From: an uncultured archaeon
GTDB taxonomy: Archaea > Iainarchaeota > Iainarchaeia > Iainarchaeales > JAAZKV01
DNA length: 32,000 bases
Assembly: GCA_964551375.1 (NCBI GenBank)
Contig: CAZKBG010000001.1
Span: forward strand, 690,001-722,000
Reading direction: 5' to 3'
A program made the position numbers and the translations under genes. Positions 18,045 to 25,509 of this stretch are shown piece after piece. The notes beneath the pieces are model-generated. The model was not told where the DNA came from and did not search any database. It saw nothing but the letters and a program-made list of their open reading frames with translations. Numbering within the stretch: position 1 is the first letter of the stretch; every line of letters begins with the position of its first letter.

Positions 18045-18586
18045 CTTTCAAATCCAAGTATTAGCTGTCGCAAAGGCATAAAAATCTGGTACTTGCTTAA
18101 CCCCTTTAACACTTCAATACGCACATCCTTATCCAAAAGGAACGCAAATAGAAGAGAATATGTTGAAGTGCTTGCTAAATGGTAAAGAGTAAACGGAATC
18201 TGCCCCATAATTGTCACAATCAAATTCTGCTTGAACATAAAAGTGCTCATCATAGGACCCGTAATTGCATCAAAAATCAAAACCCCTGCAATACTTGCAA
18301 ATAAATAATGCTTAATTGACACATGCCTCATTTTTGAGAAAACAATGCCCAAAACAAGAATCACAAACGCATACGTTAACGAAGTCACAAGCGTCCAAAT
18401 CCCAACTTTTCCCGTAATAATATCAAAAGAAACCATTGCAATTATCGCAAAGAGAATCCCCGACCACAAATTCTTTCTTGCAGAAGGAAGGGCTACTCCT
18501 AGAACTGGATCATTATTTGGAAATAATCTAAAAAAACGCACGCCGTTCGCAAACAAGAGCCTCAAAACAAAACTAAGTAAAGCCAT
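18035..18586 (-). CDS. Small polytopic membrane protein, possible ECF-type S-component-like substrate-capture protein
   Basis: 183 aa with about six hydrophobic helices. Its end overlaps the start of the DUF4430-like gene, suggesting translational coupling. I recognise no catalytic motif. Confidence 0.45.
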   Translation of the reverse strand: MALLSFVLRLLFANGVRFFRLFPNNDPVLGVALPSARKNLWSGILFAIIAMVSFDIITGKVGIWTLVTSLTYAFVILVLGIVFSKMRHVSIKHYLFASIAGVLIFDAITGPMMSTFMFKQNLIVTIMGQIPFTLYHLASTSTYSLLFAFLLDKDVRIEVLKGLSKYQIFMPLRQLILGFERWL

Positions 18587-18638
18587 AGGTAAGAAATGAT
18601 TAGAACTGTTTAAAAAAACAGACTACGAGAACTAAGTA

Positions 18639-19277
18639 ATGGATGAAGAAGTGCTTGTTATAAAAAGAACCAACTTATTTGGAGAAAAAGATGAAACTGC
18701 TTTTACTGGATTCAAAACTCCAAGTGAATTTAAAATAAGCGAAACTGCAATGAAAAGCGCGCACTTTAGGCTTAGAAAAACAACAAGCCCCAATCAAGAC
18801 AAGCCCGCTGAAGAGGATGCTGATTACAAACAAATCATACCTTATATGATACTCACACACAAAGGAAAAATATTCTGCTTTAAACGAACTCCAAAAGGAA
18901 CTGAAACCCGGCTTCATAACAAATATTCAGTCGGACTTGGAGGACATATTAACAAAATTGATGTTAATGACAAGAAGAATTTGATTGAAGAAGGAATGAA
19001 ACGCGAATTTGAAGAAGAAGTAAAATACAGCGGAAAAACAAAAACAAAAATATTAGGATATATTAATGACGATTCAGGGGATGTTGAAAAAGTACACTTT
19101 GCAATAGTGTACCAAATAGAACTTGAAAATGATGAAGTGACGCTTGGGGAAGAAAAATTAACTGATGGAAAAATGTGCACTTTAAATGAAATCATAGAAA
19201 AAAAAGAATTTCTTGAAAACTGGAGCAAAACCACTATGAGCGCGCTGGAAAAATCAAATAATTCTCTAATAAAATAA
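18639..19277 (+). CDS. Nudix-family hydrolase (divergent Nudix box)
   Basis: GLGGHINK ... EEGMKREFEEEV contains the REUxEE core of the Nudix box. The upstream KQIIPYMIL...RLHNKYSVG pattern is typical of one Nudix subgroup. Confidence 0.65.
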   Translation: MDEEVLVIKRTNLFGEKDETAFTGFKTPSEFKISETAMKSAHFRLRKTTSPNQDKPAEEDADYKQIIPYMILTHKGKIFCFKRTPKGTETRLHNKYSVGLGGHINKIDVNDKKNLIEEGMKREFEEEVKYSGKTKTKILGYINDDSGDVEKVHFAIVYQIELENDEVTLGEEKLTDGKMCTLNEIIEKKEFLENWSKTTMSALEKSNNSLIK

Positions 19278-19330
19278 TTCAACAAAAAACGAGCTGCTGG
19301 AAGAAAGAGCCCAAAAAAAGTAATAAAAAA

Positions 19331-20569
19331 TTAAGGATAGAAAATAAACTTGCTGCACATTTCCTTTACTTCAGATTTTATTTTTTTGAGAGCATCAGGC
19401 GAATTCCTGTTTTGAAGAGCGCGATGCATAAAATCCGCAACAATTTTCATTTCTTTTTCCTTCATCCCGCGCGTTGTAAGCGTAGGAGTTCCAATTCTAA
19501 TTCCGCTTGGATCCCAAGGAGAGCGAGAATCATAAGGAATTGTGTTTTTGTTGCAATAAATTCCTGCTGCTTCAAGAGCGTGCTCCGCATCAATCCCAGT
19601 AATTCCACTCTTAAATACATCAACTAAAATCAAATGAGTATCTGTCCCGCCTGAAACAATACGATAACCATTATCTGCAAGAGAACCTGCAAGGGCTTTT
19701 GCATTTTTTACAATTTGAACTGAATAATCTTTAAACTCCGGCTTAAGCGCCTCTCCAAATGCCACAGCTTTTGCTGCAATCACATGCTCATGAGGACCCC
19801 CTTGAAGCCCAGGGAAAACTGCTTTGTCAATTTTTTCGCCAAACTCTTTTTTGCACATAATAAAACCGCTTCTTGGACCGCGAAGAGTCTTGTGAGTGGT
19901 GGAAGAAACTACATCAAAAAAAGGAACTGGATTTTCATGAACGCCTGCCGCGCACAAACCTGAAATGTGAGAAATATCTGCAACACAATACGCTCCCGCT
20001 TCGTCGCAAATCTTTCTGAATTCTTTAAAATCAATTGAGCGGGGATATGCTGTGTAGCCTGAAAGAATTAATTTTGGCTTTTCAAGAAGAACCTGCTTTC
20101 TAATCGCGTCATAATCTAAAAGCTCTGATTCTTTATCCACGTTATACTGAACAAAATTATATGTTTTTCCTGAAAAATTTACTTTATGCCCATGAGTCAA
20201 ATGCCCTCCAGCAATAAGCGCCATGCCCATTGCTTTATCCCCCGGGGAGAGAAGCGCTGAATAAACAGCCATATTTGCAGGAGAGCCAGAATTTGGCTGA
20301 ACATTAACATGCTCCGCGCTGAAAAGCTCTTTTGCCCTATTAATTGCAAGAAGCTCAATTTTATCAATAACTTCATTGCCGCCGTAATATCTTTTTCCCG
20401 GATAGCCTTCAGCATATTTATTTGTTGGATAAGAGCCAAGCGCTTCAAGAACTGCGGGAGAAACTAAGTTTTCTGAAGGAATAAGCTCAAGACCGTTCAT
20501 CTGCCTTTCTTTTTCAGCCAAAATCAAATCATAAATTACTTTATCCTGCTTTTTTATTGCCTCAAACAT
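19331..20569 (-). CDS. glyA: Serine hydroxymethyltransferase
   Basis: [36 protein letters not shown] and the PLP-lysine region [16 protein letters not shown] are classic SHMT. The ATG at 20569 (MFEAIKKQD) is preferred; the longer ORF would overlap thyA. Confidence 0.95.
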   Translation of the reverse strand: MFEAIKKQDKVIYDLILAEKERQMNGLELIPSENLVSPAVLEALGSYPTNKYAEGYPGKRYYGGNEVIDKIELLAINRAKELFSAEHVNVQPNSGSPANMAVYSALLSPGDKAMGMALIAGGHLTHGHKVNFSGKTYNFVQYNVDKESELLDYDAIRKQVLLEKPKLILSGYTAYPRSIDFKEFRKICDEAGAYCVADISHISGLCAAGVHENPVPFFDVVSSTTHKTLRGPRSGFIMCKKEFGEKIDKAVFPGLQGGPHEHVIAAKAVAFGEALKPEFKDYSVQIVKNAKALAGSLADNGYRIVSGGTDTHLILVDVFKSGITGIDAEHALEAAGIYCNKNTIPYDSRSPWDPSGIRIGTPTLTTRGMKEKEMKIVADFMHRALQNRNSPDALKKIKSEVKEMCSKFIFYP

Positions 20570-20625
20570 AAAAACCCCGACACCCTTAGTATAGATTATT
20601 ATATTTAATCTACTTAAAATATAAT
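20570..20625. promoter_or_regulatory. 56-bp divergent glyA/thyA promoter region
   Basis: The whole glyA-thyA spacer is AT-rich. TATA-like runs (TATAGATTATTATATTTAAT) are centred ~27 nt from both ATGs. This is compatible with two short-leader or leaderless transcripts. Confidence 0.4.
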
Positions 20626-21612
20626 ATGCAAACGCCAAAAAATGAACGGCACCAGGAATATCAGTACTTAGACTTATTAAAAGACATAATGGAAAACGGC
20701 ACTGACAAAAAAGACCATAACACAGGAATCAAACTCCGAAGCGTATTTGGCAGAACATCAAGATATGATTTATCAAAAGGATTTCCGCTTTTAACTACAA
20801 AAAAAGTTTACTGGAAAGGAGTTCTTCACGAACTTTACTGGTTCTTATCGGGACAGTCTAATATCAAATACCTTGTGGATAATGACGTGCATATTTGGGA
20901 TGATTATCCTTACAAAATTTACAAAAAGAAAGTTGAAGCAAATAAAGAAACTCCCATGACACAAGCGGAATTTATTTCCAATATTAAAAATGACGCTGAA
21001 TTTGCAAAAAAATGGGGGGAACTACCGCACATTTACGGAGCGCAGTGGAGACACTGGCCTGCAAAAGGAAGAGAAATAGACCAAATCGCCTGGGTTGTTG
21101 ACACACTCAAAAATTTCCCTGAAAGAAAACACGCGGTTGTGAGCGTATGGAATCCTGAATATTTATATGGAATGGCGCTTCCGGGACAAGCACTGAGCTT
21201 CCCATTATGCCACATACTTTTGCACTTCAATGTAAATGACGGCAAATTATCCTGCCTGCTTTACCAGAGAAGCTGCGATGTATTCCTTGGAGTTCCATTT
21301 AACATTGCAAGCTATGCGCTCTTAACAGAAATTATTGCAAAACTATGCGGATACGAGCCGGGCGAATTTATACACATGTATGGAGACACGCATATTTATG
21401 AAAACCACTTTGAACAAGTGAAAGAACAAATGTCAAGAGAGCCAAGACCATTTCCTAAATTAAGAATTTCTGACGAAGCAAAGGACTTAGCATCATTTAG
21501 ACCAGAACATGTAATACTTGAAGATTACAATCCGCACCCTCCAATTAAAGGCGAACTAACTGTTGCGGGCGGATTTGATGAAAAAGACAGATTAGCTAAG
21601 CAGAAAAAATAA
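20626..21612 (+). CDS. thyA: Thymidylate synthase ThyA (long form with an internal insertion)
   Basis: [53 protein letters not shown] and the catalytic Cys region [12 protein letters not shown], plus [21 protein letters not shown], match ThyA. A ~45-aa insertion follows HIWDDY. Confidence 0.93.
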   Translation: MQTPKNERHQEYQYLDLLKDIMENGTDKKDHNTGIKLRSVFGRTSRYDLSKGFPLLTTKKVYWKGVLHELYWFLSGQSNIKYLVDNDVHIWDDYPYKIYKKKVEANKETPMTQAEFISNIKNDAEFAKKWGELPHIYGAQWRHWPAKGREIDQIAWVVDTLKNFPERKHAVVSVWNPEYLYGMALPGQALSFPLCHILLHFNVNDGKLSCLLYQRSCDVFLGVPFNIASYALLTEIIAKLCGYEPGEFIHMYGDTHIYENHFEQVKEQMSREPRPFPKLRISDEAKDLASFRPEHVILEDYNPHPPIKGELTVAGGFDEKDRLAKQKK

Positions 21613-21686
21613 CAAACGGAAAAAATTTAACTTAAAAAGAACTTATTTTTTAAAATTTCAATAAAATCAAATGAAGTGAAATACTA

Positions 21687-22160
21687 ATGGAACTCGAAAT
21701 AATAGCTGCGCTTACAAACACACACATAATAGGACAAAACGGGAGACTGCCTTGGAATATCCCCGCAGATATGAAGCATTTTAAGGAAATCACAACCGGA
21801 ACCGCAGTAATAATGGGAAAAAATACTTGGGAATCACTCCCTGAAAAATTTAAACCCCTGCCAAATAGAGTAAATATTGTAATTTCAAGAACGCTACATG
21901 AGGCAAAAGGAGCGACAATAGCAAGAACACTTGAAGAAGGAGTATATTTGGCGCACAAAGCAGGAAAAAGAGCAATAATTATTGGAGGAGCACAGCTTTA
22001 CACAAGCGCGCTACCCCTAGCAAATGTGCTCCACTTATCATGGATAAAAAAAGAATATCCTGGCGACACTTATTTTCCTAAATTTAACGAAAACGAATGG
22101 AATATTACTGAAGAAAAGGACTTTGGGGAATTTATTTACAAAAAATATGTTAGAAAGTAA
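21687..22160 (+). CDS. folA: Dihydrofolate reductase
   Basis: IIAALTNTHIIGQNGRLPWNIPADMKHFKEITTGTAVIMGKNTWESLP...PLPNRVNIVISRT...IIIGGAQLY matches DHFR. Confidence 0.9.
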   Translation: MELEIIAALTNTHIIGQNGRLPWNIPADMKHFKEITTGTAVIMGKNTWESLPEKFKPLPNRVNIVISRTLHEAKGATIARTLEEGVYLAHKAGKRAIIIGGAQLYTSALPLANVLHLSWIKKEYPGDTYFPKFNENEWNITEEKDFGEFIYKKYVRK

Positions 22161-22185
22161 AACTTGCGTGCGCGAGAGGATTTTT

Positions 22186-22806
22186 ATGAAAACAAAGGCC
22201 TTTGTGATAACTGATAAATGCGAAGAAAATTGCGCTTACTGCTTTCAAGCGCCACAAAAAGATATTACCCTTGAGGAATTTAAAGAACTGCTGAAAAAAG
22301 AACAAACTGAAAATGATGAACTGACTAAAATTGTCATTACAGGAGGAAATCCTGAGCTGAACCCAAATTTTTGGAAAATCTGCGAAACCGTGAAAAGCGC
22401 GGGATTGAAATTAAAAATACATTCAAATTATTTTAATAAAAAAACATGGGAAAAATATGTTAAAATCGCGGATGAACTCTCCATACCAATTGATTCATTA
22501 GACAAAGCATCGCTCCGCGGGGAAGAAAATACAAAAAAAATGCTTGCCGCATTTGATTACTTTTTAGGAAAAATACAAATACAAGTCCACACAGTTGTTG
22601 GGAAAAACAACGCCGCGGAACTTGGCAAAATAAAGGAATTTCTTGAAAAAAAAGGGTTTTTTGAAAAAAACAGCTGGAAGATATTCCGTCTTATTGAAAC
22701 TTCAAGGACAAGGGGATTAAAAATTGCCAACAAAAAATGGGCAAAAATAACCGCAAATTACAAAGGCAAAAATACCCACTTTGTTGAAAATGTCATGGAT
22801 TACTAA
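22186..22806 (+). CDS. Small radical SAM domain protein of unknown function
   Basis: It has a CxxxCxxC cluster motif (CEENCAYC) near the N-terminus and an ITGGNPELN (GGE-like) motif. A GAGG lies 8 nt upstream of the ATG at 22186. An alternative ATG at 22147 would overlap folA by 14 nt. Confidence 0.7.
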   Translation: MKTKAFVITDKCEENCAYCFQAPQKDITLEEFKELLKKEQTENDELTKIVITGGNPELNPNFWKICETVKSAGLKLKIHSNYFNKKTWEKYVKIADELSIPIDSLDKASLRGEENTKKMLAAFDYFLGKIQIQVHTVVGKNNAAELGKIKEFLEKKGFFEKNSWKIFRLIETSRTRGLKIANKKWAKITANYKGKNTHFVENVMDY

Positions 22807-22960
22807 AAAAAGAAGCCTGCCAAAAAACAAAGGCAAGCAAAGAAATTAGTTCCAAAATCTTTTTACTGACTTTTTTACCAGAACTTTTGGCGCCGCTACT
22901 TTAGGCGTCTGGGAATCAAGCCATATAATTAACTCTTCAAACTCGTGCACCAATAACCAC

Positions 22961-23173
22961 CTACAACAAAAACTTTAGCAAAAAGAGCCCTGCGACAAAA
23001 AAACTAATTGCTATATGAACCATTGTTTTATTTAATTTTACATTAATGTCCGCTGATTTTAAAAATGAATTGAAATCAGATCCAAACTGAAAAATAAAAT
23101 CGCTGGTTAGAATCTGCTTCGACTCAGTTTGGCTCACAATTACATACTGAAACTTATCTTTACTACTCATCAA
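22961..23173 (-). CDS. Hypothetical small protein with a C-terminal hydrophobic helix (weak call)
   Basis: It is the only ORF of 60 aa or more in an ~820-bp gene-poor stretch. I recognise no motif and no clear SD. Confidence 0.25.
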   Translation of the reverse strand: MMSSKDKFQYVIVSQTESKQILTSDFIFQFGSDFNSFLKSADINVKLNKTMVHIAISFFVAGLFLLKFLL

Positions 23174-23625
23174 CTCACCACCAATAAACTAAGCGAGCCT
23201 AAAGGCAAGGACAAGCTTAATTATACAATTTTTCTCACCAAAAAACTGCAATCCACAATGTAGTAATGGATGGGTTAATATAGGTTATGAAAATATCTAA
23301 AAAAAGCTCTCGGACAAAAACTTTTTGGCAAAAAATAATTTAAAAAAATCCAAAATGACAAAATAAAGAATCGCTTTGCTTAACCTTGCTTAAAAAAAGC
23401 AGTAATTGAGGATATTTTTAAAAATAAAGGAATAAAATTAACTACAAAATTCAAAAAACGAGCAAAAAATGTCCCACATATTGTGATTTTATGATTTTAG
23501 CCACCGGCAAAACGGCTCGTTAGTGATTTAAAAACAACGAAACAATAATTAGTGTGCTTAGACGCTCACGGGCAGCAAAGTATGCCAATACTTCAGCTCA
23601 AAAAAGTGTCAAGCGAGGTGAAACA

Positions 23626-24579
23626 ATGGCTAAGAAGATTGAAACAATAGAAGACCTGCCAGGAGTAGGAGAAACTGCAGCTAAGAAACTACAAGACGCA
23701 GGATACAAATCAATGGAACAAATAGCAACAGCAAGCGCAAGCGAACTGCGCGAAGTTGCGGGACTTGGGGAAGGAACTGCAGAAAAAGCAATCAAAGCCG
23801 CAAGAGACGCGCTTGATATGGGCTTTGAAACTGCGGATGTTCTTGCAGAGAAAAGAAAACTTGTTGGAAGATTAACCACCGGCTCAAAAGAACTTGACAA
23901 TTTAATAGGCGGAGGAATAGAAACCCAAAGCATTACTGAAGTATACGGAAAAATGGCAAGCGGCAAATCACAATGGTGCTTTCAAACATCAGTAACAGTA
24001 CAACTGCCAAAAGAACAAGGCGGGCTTGAAGGCGGGTGCTTATACATTGATTCTGAAAACTCATTTCGACCCGAGAGAGTAATACAAGCAGCAAAAAGAT
24101 TTGGAATGGACCCTGATTCAGTTCTAAAAAATGTATATGTTGCAAGAGCATACAACGCAGAACACCAAATGATACTTGCGGATAAAGCCGCTGAAATGGT
24201 CAGCGAAAAAAATATCAAACTAGTAATTGTTGATTCACTGACTGCACAATTCCGCTCAGAATTTGTGGGAAGAGGGACACTTGCAGCAAGACAACAAAAA
24301 CTAAACCAGCACATGAGATCGCTGCAAAAACTTGCTGAAATGAAAAACGTGGCAGTTCTTGTAACAAACCAAGTAATGTCAAGACCGGATATTTTATTTG
24401 GAGACCCTACCGAACCAGTCGGGGGAAACGTAGTGGGCCACGCAAGCAAAACAAGACTATATTTGCGAAAAAGCAAAGAAGACAAGAGAGTGGCAAAACT
24501 TGTGGATTCGCCATCGCTTCCTGACGGAGAGGCTCTTTATAGAATCACTGAAAACGGAATTGAAGATATTGAAGAATAA
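23626..24579 (+). CDS. radA: DNA repair and recombination protein RadA
   Basis: The N-terminal HhH domain is IEDLPGVGETAAKKLQDAGYKSMEQIA. It has a Walker A (GKMASGKSQ) and Walker B (KLVIVDSLTA), plus VLVTNQV. A GAGGTGA Shine-Dalgarno-like motif lies just upstream of the ATG at 23626; the longer ORF from 23554 is rejected. Confidence 0.95.
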   Translation: MAKKIETIEDLPGVGETAAKKLQDAGYKSMEQIATASASELREVAGLGEGTAEKAIKAARDALDMGFETADVLAEKRKLVGRLTTGSKELDNLIGGGIETQSITEVYGKMASGKSQWCFQTSVTVQLPKEQGGLEGGCLYIDSENSFRPERVIQAAKRFGMDPDSVLKNVYVARAYNAEHQMILADKAAEMVSEKNIKLVIVDSLTAQFRSEFVGRGTLAARQQKLNQHMRSLQKLAEMKNVAVLVTNQVMSRPDILFGDPTEPVGGNVVGHASKTRLYLRKSKEDKRVAKLVDSPSLPDGEALYRITENGIEDIEE

Positions 24580-24644
24580 ACGAAAGCAGCAAAATTTAAT
24601 TGCACAAAATTTGCGGGAAAAGGAAAAACACTTTTCTCGCGAAA

Positions 24645-25085
24645 CTATTTTTCCAAAATCTTTTTTAAAATATCCACCTTAGCTTGTGGAAAATTCTCAT
24701 TATGCTTTTCAACCCTGTGAAAGTCAACGCCTGAAAAAGAAATTGAAAGATTTTTATCAAGAGACATTATGGTACAAGTAAACTCTCCTTCGCCCTTGCC
24801 GCACTTGCTGCAAAAAAAAGGATGATTAAAAAGAATTGTGCTCTTAAAGGGCTTTCCCCCGTTTTCATAAGGCTTTAGAAAAGCGCTTTCAGAAAATTCA
24901 GCGCCATTTGCTTTATACTTGCCAATTGCAACAATAGTGTCCCTTAAAGGAGATGATTTAAGCGAATTTAAAATCGAAACAAGATTTTTTGGAACCGCAT
25001 AAAACTCGTCAGGAAGCATTACATCCTTAAGCGAATTAACCTGTTTCAATAATTTCTGGGACTCGCTTGGCTTTACCATATACAA
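24645..25085 (-). CDS. Hypothetical protein with a CxxC ... HxxxxH putative metal site
   Basis: 146-aa ORF containing FFCSKCGKGEGEFTC ... FHRVEKH. I recognise no family. Confidence 0.45.
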   Translation of the reverse strand: MYMVKPSESQKLLKQVNSLKDVMLPDEFYAVPKNLVSILNSLKSSPLRDTIVAIGKYKANGAEFSESAFLKPYENGGKPFKSTILFNHPFFCSKCGKGEGEFTCTIMSLDKNLSISFSGVDFHRVEKHNENFPQAKVDILKKILEK

Positions 25086-25152
25086 AATAGAAAAACAAAG
25101 TATTTAACAATTAAACTTACCGGGTTAATTTTAGCATATTTTAATGAAGGGT

Positions 25153-25503
25153 TTATTTTCCAGCGCGCCTATTACGCATAGCCCAAGTCAATACCTTTGC
25201 CTTGCTTTTGCGAACACTTTTTAACAAAGGTTTTCTCTGTTTAATTCTTTTATGAAGAAGCTGGCTTTGATTTAAATGAGAATGAAAATACTCATTATAC
25301 ATAAGAGCCTCTTTTTGGCTGGCTTTTGAACCAGCAACAACTCGATTTGCCGCGTTATTTGCAATCGCGGATTTAAAAGCAGCTTTTTTTAAACGCAAAT
25401 CTAAAGAGTTTGCGCGCAGTTTGCGCCTCACAGGACTCATACGCATACGCGTTTTATGAATTCTAATAACCGCTCTTGCCACAGTCCTTTTTACCACTGA
25501 CAC
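25153..25503 (-). CDS. Highly basic (Arg/Lys-rich) hypothetical protein
   Basis: 116-aa ORF that starts at a GTG 6 nt after the tgt stop on the same strand. It is very R/K-rich throughout, and no competing ORF exists. Confidence 0.45.
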   Translation of the reverse strand: MSVVKRTVARAVIRIHKTRMRMSPVRRKLRANSLDLRLKKAAFKSAIANNAANRVVAGSKASQKEALMYNEYFHSHLNQSQLLHKRIKQRKPLLKSVRKSKAKVLTWAMRNRRAGK

Positions 25504-25509
25504 AAAAAA

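Noticed and set aside
20570-20638. A 23-codon extension of glyA overlapping the thyA start
   Set aside because: The SHMT alignment starts at MFEAIKKQD (ATG at 20569). The extension would remove the entire divergent promoter.
23598-24485. Minus-strand ORFs (122, 72 and 167 aa) within radA
   Set aside because: They are antisense to a near-canonical RadA gene.
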